A DNA stretch of 64,000 bases from a virus (IMGVR_UViG_3300032281_000616:138206-202205); one strand, 5' to 3'. Counted from the first letter of the stretch, positions 45,686 to 54,922 are shown. Notes: generated by a model from the sequence alone, not told the origin. Numbers and translations are program-made.

Positions 45686-46519
45686 ATGAGTAAAATATTT
45701 TATGTATATGGGTTAATAGATCCTAGAAACAACCTACCATTTTATATAGGTAAGGGTACAATTAACCCAAAACGTCGAGGAGTCAGATATAGGAGAATAT
45801 TAGAGCATTTAAGTAAGTCGGATACGGTTAATAAATTTAAAGTTAAAGTAATGGAAAAAATTTTACTAAATTACGACAAAATTCCATATATTATATATAA
45901 ATATTTTGACGATGAAGTGGAATGTTTTACGTGTGAAGTAGAATTAATATCTAAATACGGTAGAAGAGACTTAAAAAGCGGATGTTTAACAAATTTGACA
46001 AATGGAGGTGAAGGTTTTAGTGGTAGAATAAAAACCACTGAGGAGAAATTTAAAATTTCTCAAGCTAAAAAATTGTATTATGAATCAAACCCAGCTAATT
46101 TCAAAGGATGTAAACACACAGAAGAAACGAAAAGATTGATGTCAGAAAAACAACAACAAATGGCGAAACACCTTTCTATGAAAGCCACTGGGAGGAAACA
46201 CACAGAAGAGACTAAACAAAAACTCAGAGAAATTAATTTGGGTAGAAAAATCCCCAAAGAAATATGTCACAAATTCGCTCATCATGGATCAAATAATTGT
46301 CAGGCTAAGACTTACATCTTCGTCTCACCAAATAAAGAATGTTTTATAGTCAATGGAGAATTTAAAAAATTTTTAATCGATAAAGGGTTATCGATACAAA
46401 CATTTAAAAAATTTGTAAATAAAGGAATTATTCCACCACCAACCAATCCAAACCACAATAAAATGACACAAGCTAGGTTAGATTCTACTGGGTGGGAAGT
46501 GAAATATCATTTAGAATAA
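45686..46519 (+). mobile_element. GIY-YIG (LEM-3-like) homing endonuclease with NUMOD3
   Basis: FYVYGLIDPR...FYIGKG; LTNLTNGGEG; HTEETK repeats. Confidence 0.85.
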
Positions 46520-47004
46520 TCCTCTTCTACTAAGTTATACGCTATAAATTCAATATTTGGGTGTCTTTTTTCTGTGCTCAATAAAATCGCTGAAATTATA
46601 TCCCAATCACCACCAGCCCTGACAGCACCCATACCCCAAGGAACACCGACTCTAACAGGACTCTCCCACAAAGAACAGTTGTATTCAATCTCTTCACAAA
46701 TTTTATCGAGAGCATCAGCTAGGGCATCGTAACTACAATTTCTACCTAGGTGAGATCCATCATTTCCCAATCCTCGCATAGCATAAATGTTATAGATACC
46801 ACGACCATCTCCAATATCACCATAAGAATAATTTCCAAGCTTATCAACTTCATTCAGGTCACAGTCTAAATCAGCCTGATAAACTTTTGGGAATTTTCGT
46901 CTAATGAAATAAGCGATTCCACTACCAAATGTTGTATAACAATTTGCGATGTGACAAGCAAAATCCCAATCACCCTCTAACATATCACCATATATAACTT
47001 TCAT
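46507..47004 (-). CDS. macrodomain (ADP-ribose processing) protein
   Basis: GDML...HIANC...FGSGIA...GMGAVRAGGDW. Confidence 0.82.
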   Translation of the reverse strand: MKVIYGDMLEGDWDFACHIANCYTTFGSGIAYFIRRKFPKVYQADLDCDLNEVDKLGNYSYGDIGDGRGIYNIYAMRGLGNDGSHLGRNCSYDALADALDKICEEIEYNCSLWESPVRVGVPWGMGAVRAGGDWDIISAILLSTEKRHPNIEFIAYNLVEEDYSK

Positions 47005-47408
47005 ACAAAATTTTCCTTTTTAATCCAAGACTCTACAGCATTTTCTGAGATAACTTCATAATTTTCTGATACATTTGGATAATGAACATCCAAATATAGC
47101 TCTAACTCTTCAATACTCTCCGCACAAATGTAATAAGTATTTTCTCCTATTTTAATTTGATACATATTGTGTATAATTGTATCATAGTAAATGTATTTAT
47201 AGACCCTTCCTTGAGCAACTCTCCAAAAATATTCGAGAGTGCAGAATCCAACAGCACCCATAACCCAACACTTTTGATACCATTCAATGCTATCATCTCT
47301 AACGATAATAGCCATTAGACCAATTCCCACTAAGGATGCTAACCATCCAAACCAATCATAAGGTTTGAATATTCTTCCTTTATACTTTGGTAATTCAATT
47401 TCAAACAT
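47001..47408 (-). CDS. membrane protein
   Basis: two hydrophobic segments. Confidence 0.65.
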   Translation of the reverse strand: MFEIELPKYKGRIFKPYDWFGWLASLVGIGLMAIIVRDDSIEWYQKCWVMGAVGFCTLEYFWRVAQGRVYKYIYYDTIIHNMYQIKIGENTYYICAESIEELELYLDVHYPNVSENYEVISENAVESWIKKENFV

Positions 47409-47598
47409 CTGTTAATTCTTTCTTTCGGTTATTGATACTTTTTTCTAGATCATCAAGTTTTTTGGTTATCTCTTTAGTTTTTCCAAAAACCTCGTTCTTA
47501 GCTAATTTAAACCATCTCTCTTTTAATGCTGATAAAGTTTCATCATTGGCATATACCGCTTCTGTTTGCTCTTCATTCATAATCTTCTGATTTTCCAT
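47401..47598 (-). CDS. coiled-coil hypothetical protein
   Basis: ORF. Confidence 0.55.
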   Translation of the reverse strand: MENQKIMNEEQTEAVYANDETLSALKERWFKLAKNEVFGKTKEITKKLDDLEKSINNRKKELTDV

Positions 47599-47758
47599 AT
47601 GATGTAAATGATTTTTCCTTATTTGAAGCTTCTTGGTATCCTTCCCAAAACCAAGTATTGGCTAATTCTTCCATCTTATCTCGAATATCATTCAACTCTT
47701 CGGTAGTATACCCCCAAGTTTCATGTAGCTCTTGTAATGCTAGATCTGTAATTGTCAT
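47573..47758 (-). CDS. hypothetical protein (start MTITDLA)
   Basis: ATG 6 nt after motif. Confidence 0.6.
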   Translation of the reverse strand: MTITDLALQELHETWGYTTEELNDIRDKMEELANTWFWEGYQEASNKEKSFTSYGKSEDYE

Positions 47759-47780
47759 GTCCGTATTATTCATTAGTGTT

Positions 47781-48206
47781 TTATTGATCATTCTGGAAAA
47801 TATTTCCAACAATCTTCATGTCATATGCTTCGCAAAGAGGAAATCCAGAGTCTATATCTATACCTTGTAGAACCCATCCATAGTTTTGCCATTCAATCCT
47901 ATCTTTGAATCTAGAATTAGCTAATGTGTATTCTACAATATCTCCTTCGTATATATCTACACTCTCTTTATCAGTCATTCCTGTCCATTGTTGGATGATA
48001 TATGGACTCTCCGAAACAAGAGTCGTTTTATCCATATAAAAATCTGGCTCTACATCTGGTGTGTAATGCTCTCCAACTAAAGCGAAATCATATATTTTTC
48101 CACTGAAAATATCCAACATCCAGTGACTCCAACAATGTAGACTATGGTCATCTTTAGACAACCATCTTTTATTTCTCTTATTCCAAACTCTAAACTTCGG
48201 CCTCAT
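47781..48206 (-). CDS. YopX-family protein
   Basis: KFRVWN...QQWTGMTDK...IYEGD...IVGNIFQN. Confidence 0.85.
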   Translation of the reverse strand: MRPKFRVWNKRNKRWLSKDDHSLHCWSHWMLDIFSGKIYDFALVGEHYTPDVEPDFYMDKTTLVSESPYIIQQWTGMTDKESVDIYEGDIVEYTLANSRFKDRIEWQNYGWVLQGIDIDSGFPLCEAYDMKIVGNIFQNDQ

Positions 48207-48744
48207 AATCAAAAGCTGTTTCTATTTTTTTAATTAGTTCTTCCAATGTAATATCTAAACCTTCTTGGAAATATCTTACATCAAAATTAGTAACTTGGAC
48301 TAATTTCTCTGGTTCTAACCCATACAAAAAATTTACCTTGTTATGATAACCTCCTCGATGGTATGAATAATTTTCATTGTCCACCAATACATTATTCTTA
48401 TTCTCAAATCTTGGAACTGTGTATCCAATATCTTCTCGTGTAAATGTATTTTGGGGTGAGATGCCTAAATCCAAGAGATGAGCAGCCCTCAAAACATAAT
48501 CATTAGTCCCCCAAGAAAGAATACAAATATTATCCAATCCTAAAGTCATCTGGAAGTATGATATCAATTCCTTAGACCAAGATCGTATGAATGATACATA
48601 CCACCCATCGTTCGGTAATTGAAATTTAACACCGTGCCAATATTGGCCATACGTTTCCAACAATTCATCAGCGTGTTTTTCATTACTGGCATACATAGAT
48701 GAGGCCAATGTCTCATCAAAATCCAATACTAATACTTTAGTCAT
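48190..48744 (-). CDS. HAD-superfamily phosphatase
   Basis: LVLDFDETL; LVDN. Confidence 0.75.
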   Translation of the reverse strand: MTKVLVLDFDETLASSMYASNEKHADELLETYGQYWHGVKFQLPNDGWYVSFIRSWSKELISYFQMTLGLDNICILSWGTNDYVLRAAHLLDLGISPQNTFTREDIGYTVPRFENKNNVLVDNENYSYHRGGYHNKVNFLYGLEPEKLVQVTNFDVRYFQEGLDITLEELIKKIETAFDYEAEV

Positions 48745-49475
48745 AATTTATATTCTTTGTTAGCATCAAATTCAAAAATCTCATTAATATCCAAACACTG
48801 ATAGTATACACCATTTCTTTCCTCTTTCTTAGAATTGTGGAAGTGACCACTTACGAGCGTTTTAGCCTCTGATTTTTCCAGAATAGAGGACATTAACTCT
48901 CTTTGAGTATAACAATCTGATAATAGTGTTGGATCTTTATCAATAGACCATTGAAATCTCACATGTAGAGTATTCGTTGGATGATTGAAGTAATCTGGTG
49001 CATCATGCGAGAACATGATATCACATTTCTCCACGTTATCAATAGGTATTGTGGGTTCATCATACCAATAATCAACACCTTGTTTTCGATTACATCTATC
49101 AACGCTTATTCCACCACCTACTAGAATAGCTTTCTTCCCATTTGGGAATTCTACATATTCGTGATCTTTGACGAGAACAATATTTGACCATTTACTGTCC
49201 CAAATTTTGGGATAAGTTGCATCATGATTTCCTCTTATAATGTAATACATCACATCTATAGCTTGACATAGTTTATTGATTCTATCCAGCCAAGATAAAG
49301 CGTTCTCGATAGCATACGAGATATTACCAAAACCAAGTCCACTGTCGCCACAGTGAACCACATCACTCCCATCAGGAATATTAATATTTAAAATATCATA
49401 TACTATAGAAGTAGAGTGGGTATCGCCAATTAAAATGACTTTATTGCTTCTGAATTTAAATCTATTTTGTCTCAT
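48741..49475 (-). CDS. calcineurin-like metallophosphoesterase
   Basis: IGDTH, HCGD, RGNHD, SHDAP, GHFH. Confidence 0.85.
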   Translation of the reverse strand: MRQNRFKFRSNKVILIGDTHSTSIVYDILNINIPDGSDVVHCGDSGLGFGNISYAIENALSWLDRINKLCQAIDVMYYIIRGNHDATYPKIWDSKWSNIVLVKDHEYVEFPNGKKAILVGGGISVDRCNRKQGVDYWYDEPTIPIDNVEKCDIMFSHDAPDYFNHPTNTLHVRFQWSIDKDPTLLSDCYTQRELMSSILEKSEAKTLVSGHFHNSKKEERNGVYYQCLDINEIFEFDANKEYKL

Positions 49476-49514
49476 AATTTGGTGTATTTGGTGTAGGATT
49501 TACTAAATAATAAC

Positions 49515-50471
49515 ATGGATGAAGTTAGAATAATTGAAATGTATACGCAGGGGAAGGGTTCTCCGACTATAGCTAAAGAATTCGGAACCAATTTTTATGA
49601 GATTTTAAAAGTTTTGAAGCGAAATAAAATCGAGCTAAGAAGTGCGAGAAAAAGTTCTAAAAGGACCATATTCGATGAAAAATTTTTTGAAAGAATAGAC
49701 ACCGAAGAAAAGGCTTACTTTCTAGGTTTTATTTTAGCAGATGGGTGTATAAGTGTCAAGCGTAATTATCTGAAAATTGGAATCTCCAGCAAAGATATAA
49801 TAATTTTAAAAGAATTTAATAGGATAATGAAATCGGATGTAAAAATTCACACATACCCACATAAAGGAAGCTTCAGTGGTGAACGATACGAATTATCGTC
49901 TCTCACCTTTATATCCCCAAAAATAGTATCTGATTTAAACAATCTCGGAATCGGTGAAAGGAAGACATTTACAGTGATTCCTCCTATAATAGATGAATCA
50001 TTGGAACATCATTTTTGGAGAGGAGTAATGGATGGGGATGGTCATATTAGTTTATATAATACTAAAAACTTAAAACACGTCCCCAATATTGAATTCGGTA
50101 TATGCGGAAACATGTCAACTATGTCATCCCTATCTACATTTTTAACAAAATATGGTATAGATCATAAGATTACACCAGATAAATCAATTTTTAGAATTAG
50201 ACTAACTAATAGGCGAGCATTAAAAATTTTGGATATCTTATATAAGAATTCTACGATTTTTCTTGATAGAAAAAAGGCGAATTATATGATGTATAAAAAT
50301 GCTAGACAAGAAGCGGACAAATCTAGTCCTAAAAATCTAGGAATAAAAAAGACAAAATCTGGTAATTATACATCTTCATCATTAATAAGTATACATGGCA
50401 TACAAAAACGCATCGGAACCTTTAAAACCTTTGAAGAAGCTTTAGAAGCGCAAAATAACTTTAGTGTTTAA
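49515..50471 (+). mobile_element. LAGLIDADG homing endonuclease (two motifs)
   Basis: AYFLGFILADGCI and FWRGVMDGDGHI. Confidence 0.88.
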
Positions 50472-50895
50472 TATATTGCCTTGCCGATTCAAAAATAGAC
50501 TTGATTATAGGGCGGGCAGCACTATTCGCACTATGAACATAATAAGTTGGTAGAGGGTGCTGTAGCCTCTTACAGCGATCACACAACCAATCAGCGCAAT
50601 GCGCTCCAGTCTTATACTTAGAACCTCTCCAATTCATCATAGAATACAATTCTACTAGATCTCCTTGAGGTATATCTGTATCACAACAATTAACCAAATC
50701 ATTATCAAATGAGACGACATGGGGAATTCCGAACTTTTCAACATACTCCACAAATTCTTCATAAGATCTAACAACATCCCACTTTGAATTGGATATACCA
50801 GAGTATTGCTGCAAAGTCTTATCCTCTTCAAATATATAACAATGTTCAGGTTCTCGAATGTCATCGAGTAAAATCGCTCTAAATTCTTTTTTCAT
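50461..50895 (-). CDS. cyclic-phosphate-processing receiver-like domain protein
   Basis: ILLDDIR...WDVVRSYEEF...SFDNDL...TGAHCADWL...HSAN. Confidence 0.7.
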   Translation of the reverse strand: MKKEFRAILLDDIREPEHCYIFEEDKTLQQYSGISNSKWDVVRSYEEFVEYVEKFGIPHVVSFDNDLVNCCDTDIPQGDLVELYSMMNWRGSKYKTGAHCADWLCDRCKRLQHPLPTYYVHSANSAARPIIKSIFESARQYIKH

Positions 50896-51649
50896 ACACA
50901 TATTCTAATTCTTTCCATTTAATTTTGCTGTAAATTTGATTTTTCGTCAATCCCAATTCATCTCCCGCATTTTTAATAGTTTTCCATCTTTTGTTTGTTT
51001 TTGGACAAAAGATGTATCTTATCTCTAATGGGGTATTATGACATTTTTCTAGTGGTGTAAAATTTTCAATATCAAAACTCCAATAATATCCGTGAGTTGA
51101 CTTACCACGCCTTCTACAAGTATTACTTATTAATTGAGTGGGTATATTTGTCGCTTCGGATGCTTGTTTGATGGAATCAAACTCATTTAATACTTTTAGT
51201 GTTTTTTTATCTATTTGATAAACTTTTTTATACATAGATTTAAGTATTTTATCCATTGCTGGAACAGATCGTCTCTTCCCGAGATGAGAATCTGACATTT
51301 TCTTTCTACTCTCATCTGAGACTTTTTTCTTCCAATTGCTTCCAGCTACTCTTAATACATTATATCCAAAATCCCTATCATAAGATTTATAATAATCCAT
51401 CCATTTTTGTTCATGTGTCAATAATTCGTCTAAATTTTCAATTTCTTCAATCGGTAAAAATTCAAAGACCCCCATCCCCCATTTATAAAATGATGATTGT
51501 AGATATTTACTATCGTGCGTTCCTTTTCGAAGTTTATTCCGATGTTGTTTCCATCGTTTACGCATATTGACAGCACTTCCTATATAATGCTTACCAGTTT
51601 CTTTATTTGTTATCCTATAAATTCCAGATATATTATTATTTATTTTCAT
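50879..51649 (-). mobile_element. GIY-YIG homing endonuclease
   Basis: SGIYRITNKETGKHYIGSA; GYN. Confidence 0.88.
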
Positions 51650-51827
51650 CTACACTAGTATTTAGTGTAGAATCGAAAATTTTATCGTCTAGTAGAAGAA
51701 ACCTCTTTGGCTTATATTGATCCTCTGTAATATTTTCTTCCATAGTTTTTTTCTTCAAATTATCCCATAAAGGACTGGACCAGTATGCATTTAGATCACT
51801 TACTCTATTTTTATCACCTTTACTCAT
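51636..51827 (-). CDS. hypothetical protein; C-terminal part resembles the receiver-like gene N-terminus
   Basis: KRFLLLDD vs FRAILLDD. Confidence 0.5.
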   Translation of the reverse strand: MSKGDKNRVSDLNAYWSSPLWDNLKKKTMEENITEDQYKPKRFLLLDDKIFDSTLNTSVDENK

Positions 51828-52326
51828 CTGTTTTCAGTAAATCTTGTTGTTTTATATCTAATAACTCTTGCTCTAATTCATTCTTTACCATTCTTTCACC
51901 CTCTTCTTTATTAAGAACAAAATTAGTAATCACACCAAATTCCGAATGACTCAAAGAATAAACTATTTCATCTGATTCTAATCTAGGAGTCAAAATATAT
52001 CGAAATTTACTATCCTCATCACCCCAATAACTTTCCTTCGAATATATTGTGTTCCCAAATGAATCATAATCCTCAACTGACCAAAATTCGGGTTTCAGTG
52101 ATCTAATATCAATATCTAAAACTGGACCATTCTCGGATTCTGTGATAGATACAATACCCATGCTAACCAAATCTTTCATTATTAATGATAATCCTTTATC
52201 TAGACTCCACTCTAATTTAGAATCATCTGATATCTTGTTCATGGAATATAAAACAAAAATAGCACCAATCTCATCTAATGTGAGTTTGGTTTCAGCTAGT
52301 TCTATTGGAAGTGTAAGATCATTCAT
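51820..52326 (-). CDS. hypothetical protein
   Basis: ORF. Confidence 0.7.
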   Translation of the reverse strand: MNDLTLPIELAETKLTLDEIGAIFVLYSMNKISDDSKLEWSLDKGLSLIMKDLVSMGIVSITESENGPVLDIDIRSLKPEFWSVEDYDSFGNTIYSKESYWGDEDSKFRYILTPRLESDEIVYSLSHSEFGVITNFVLNKEEGERMVKNELEQELLDIKQQDLLKTDE

Positions 52327-52543
52327 GAATGATATCCTCCACTTTCTTATCGTATCTCAATAGATATTTCTGAAAAGTTTCGTCATCATCTCCAGAATTG
52401 AAAATGTAATCGAATAACCAATTTTCATTTTCTTCAGAAATACCCAATTCATCCAAAAGACTAAAGTATCTCAAGTCTTGAGTCTCTGTAAGAGCCTTGA
52501 CAAAATCTTTTACTTTTTCTACTTCATTTAACATTTTATTCAT
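52319..52543 (-). CDS. hypothetical protein
   Basis: ORF. Confidence 0.6.
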   Translation of the reverse strand: MNKMLNEVEKVKDFVKALTETQDLRYFSLLDELGISEENENWLFDYIFNSGDDDETFQKYLLRYDKKVEDIIHE

Positions 52544-52547
52544 ATTT

Positions 52548-52739
52548 TTATCCTATATTTTGCATCCACCAAAAGGAAATTTCCTTTTCAAAATCTTTTT
52601 TATTTTTGACCGATCCCGGTCTAACAAAGATATACGTCTCTGCTTGTTCTAAATTAGAATCTGACCAAACTTCAATTACATCATCTTCTTGCATGATGAA
52701 ACTATAGTTTCCCACATTACCCTCATATTTCTCACTCAT
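52548..52739 (-). CDS. hypothetical protein
   Basis: ORF plus motif. Confidence 0.6.
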   Translation of the reverse strand: MSEKYEGNVGNYSFIMQEDDVIEVWSDSNLEQAETYIFVRPGSVKNKKDFEKEISFWWMQNIG

Positions 52740-52774
52740 CTTTACCTATTCATTATAGTTTAGTGTTTTATTTA

Positions 52775-53659
52775 TCAAAGCCTCTGTATTACGTTTTTTA
52801 CAAGACTTTTGAATCTGTATGTTGCTGTATTATTAGGCATCTTTTTCCAATTTTCTATTAATACAGCAAAAAATTCGTCAAAATTTGTCAAACCATATTG
52901 GGGAAATCCTAATTTCTCTGAAATTCTTTTTCTCCATTTTAAAGTTTCTTTCATATCATCAGCTTTGGTGGGATCACCTTGCAGAATACGTTTCTTCCTT
53001 TTAGATTTTCTCCAATAAGAATCTAATAATTCTTCATAGGATTTTTTCAACAATGGTTCGGTTTGTGTTGGTATCAAATCTGCGACATAATGAGCATATT
53101 CGTGAACAAATATGCTTGGTTCATCGATAGCGTATTGATCAATAAAAATCAATCTATCTCGATAGATACCTGCTGCATCTCCAGCATATGTATTTTTAAA
53201 TCTAAAATTTTTGGATTCATCGGTAATAACAAATCTTGGTTTTCTGTTAGGTAAGATGTCTTTGATTTCGTTCAGCATATTGATTATAGAATTTCTCAAC
53301 ATCTTCATATTATACGCATTGGTTTCGAAACTCTGGTCAACCAACCCATCCAAAAAAACTTGGATCCCTTGATGTTCAAATATTTTCTTATATTGTGATG
53401 TTTTTTCTCTCCTGCTCAACACAGCAAATTTATCAGCTTGTTGATCTAACCAACTATCCGCTCTATTAGGAAATATCCCCTTTAACTTTAGGTAATCGTC
53501 TTTAATTTTTTGATCGACTTCATTCTCAATCTCACCATTAAGAATGTAATTTTTCCAATCCCTTTTCCATTCTTGGACTGGAGGTAGTTTTTGAGCAGGT
53601 GGTAGTTGCGCTTTTCTTAGGGGATTTTTAATACCCTCAGTGAGTTGATCAAAATTCAT
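52775..53659 (-). CDS. late-expressed protein with zincin HExxH motif
   Basis: FVHEYAH...DEFFA; TAAATA 6 nt upstream. Confidence 0.65.
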   Translation of the reverse strand: MNFDQLTEGIKNPLRKAQLPPAQKLPPVQEWKRDWKNYILNGEIENEVDQKIKDDYLKLKGIFPNRADSWLDQQADKFAVLSRREKTSQYKKIFEHQGIQVFLDGLVDQSFETNAYNMKMLRNSIINMLNEIKDILPNRKPRFVITDESKNFRFKNTYAGDAAGIYRDRLIFIDQYAIDEPSIFVHEYAHYVADLIPTQTEPLLKKSYEELLDSYWRKSKRKKRILQGDPTKADDMKETLKWRKRISEKLGFPQYGLTNFDEFFAVLIENWKKMPNNTATYRFKSLVKNVIQRL

Positions 53660-53984
53660 CTACATTATTTATGTAATCTTTAACAACTTGAAGTTTATGT
53701 TCTGCTTGTGCAGCCAATTCGATTGCACATTCCCATTTATTCTTCCAACCTACAATTTCGTTTTTGAGTTGTTCATTCTCAATAGCAAATTTAGTATTCA
53801 CTTCCCTTAAATTTTCTAAATCTTTGGGTAAACATGGTAGCTTACTGAACTTAACTAAGTGATCTGTATATTCTCGGAGATGTTCAACCTCTTTTTGTAG
53901 TTCTATGATATCAGAGTAGAATACCAACGATCCCCCTTTAGAGGGAAAGAGACGACCATACTGTGTTATTCCATACCTATTCAT
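53649..53984 (-). CDS. coiled-coil hypothetical protein
   Basis: ORF. Confidence 0.6.
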   Translation of the reverse strand: MNRYGITQYGRLFPSKGGSLVFYSDIIELQKEVEHLREYTDHLVKFSKLPCLPKDLENLREVNTKFAIENEQLKNEIVGWKNKWECAIELAAQAEHKLQVVKDYINNVDEF

Positions 53985-54481
53985 CTGTAATTCTCCCATT
54001 TTTCAGCTTCTTCATCACACAAAGTTTTAGTCCAATAATTTCTATGTCTGGCTTTGCCTTCTTTTCCTGTGATTTCACAGGTTTTTAGAGAATCGAGAAC
54101 TAATTTATGTTGTAAATCTTTGTAATCTTCCCAATAAAGCTCACGATATTGTCCATAGAATTTACCCTGATTAGCAATCTCCCCAAACTTCTCCTTCAGG
54201 ATAAAGGTTTTGAAATAAATTTCGTGTCCATTATCCTTAGCTTTTTGAATAAGTTTTCTCATATTCGAACAAAATTCTCGAATAATCTCTTTCCACCCAA
54301 CATCCATCTCAAATCCGTATCTCAAATTACACAGGTTCTCGAATCGAGGAACCTGAACCTTTCTATAATAATTGTGATACCAATCTAATACATCTGGAGA
54401 TGGTTCCAGAAAAATTTCTGGATATTCCTCTACAACATCCAACCATTCTGGTTTTATTGATGCTCGGTCAAATTCTTTCAT
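53981..54481 (-). CDS. conserved phage hypothetical protein
   Basis: GWxEII...KEKFGE...TCEITGKEG...WTKTLC. Confidence 0.7.
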   Translation of the reverse strand: MKEFDRASIKPEWLDVVEEYPEIFLEPSPDVLDWYHNYYRKVQVPRFENLCNLRYGFEMDVGWKEIIREFCSNMRKLIQKAKDNGHEIYFKTFILKEKFGEIANQGKFYGQYRELYWEDYKDLQHKLVLDSLKTCEITGKEGKARHRNYWTKTLCDEEAEKWENYR

Positions 54482-54485
54482 GGGC

Positions 54486-54845
54486 TTATGATACCAGAGT
54501 TTTGTGGGAAGTCAAGGACAAAATCTCTTCATCATCCACTTCTTCAATTTTATACACTGAATTCTGTGTTTCGAATCCGTCTTCGGTGATTTTTGTGACT
54601 CGTGATGTTTTAAAGGTTCCTCGAATGAGTTGACCATTTCGCATCCACCGATCCATAATCAGAGATTCTCCAATAGTCGGTCCACGTAAAATATCCCCAA
54701 TAGTCCAGTAATCCACATTAGGGGACAAATGATCATCACTGTATGAGAATACAGAATTTTCTACAGACTTACGATATTCATCGTGTGTTTCCGCTGTTGG
54801 AAACCTTGCTTCGTCGGAAGCTTTCAGCTTTGTGATCTTGTGCAT
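54486..54845 (-). CDS. hypothetical protein
   Basis: ORF plus motif. Confidence 0.7.
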   Translation of the reverse strand: MHKITKLKASDEARFPTAETHDEYRKSVENSVFSYSDDHLSPNVDYWTIGDILRGPTIGESLIMDRWMRNGQLIRGTFKTSRVTKITEDGFETQNSVYKIEEVDDEEILSLTSHKTLVS

Positions 54846-54878
54846 GTCGCCATCATAGGCTAGTGTTTAATGAGTAGA

Positions 54879-54910
54879 ATGTAAAATATAGAAAAAATAT
54901 GTAAAATATA
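54879..54910 (+). repeat. 12-bp direct repeat with 20-nt period at the late promoter of the HTH/endonuclease pair
   Basis: ATGTAAAATATA at 54879 and 54899. Confidence 0.55.
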
Positions 54911-54922
54911 CTAAATAAGGAT

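Larger units (their letters stand above)
334..54868 (-). promoter_or_regulatory. Dispersed early-promoter-like motif AAACACTA-N3-(T/C/A)ANNNT-N6-ATG, 52 copies
   Basis: + strand TAGTGTTT (or TAGTGTTC) starts at 334,660,2430,2785,3113,3320,4946,5176,5477,6164,7039,7351,8000,8736,9467,10141,10558,11376,13283,14005,14850,15077,15617,16173,16724,17392,18103,18823,20268,21952,22224,23050,24154,25179,25452,27448,28501,29687,31260,31843,32753,35201,36295,38108,40089,40772,42622,45460,47774,50462,52761,54861. Each is followed 3 nt later (minus strand) by a -10-like hexamer such as TAGAAT, TATAAT, TAAACT or CATAAT (degenerate at 50462). Confidence 0.85.

Noticed and set aside
19689-51204. TAGTGTTT copies at 19689 and 51197
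   Set aside because: Inside coding sequence without a valid -10 hexamer or downstream start; consistent with chance.
334-54868. CRISPR array or integron attC sites as the explanation for the repeated motif
   Set aside because: The repeats are 8 bp, non-palindromic, separated by whole genes and tied to a -10/ATG spacing; no cas or integrase gene is in the window.
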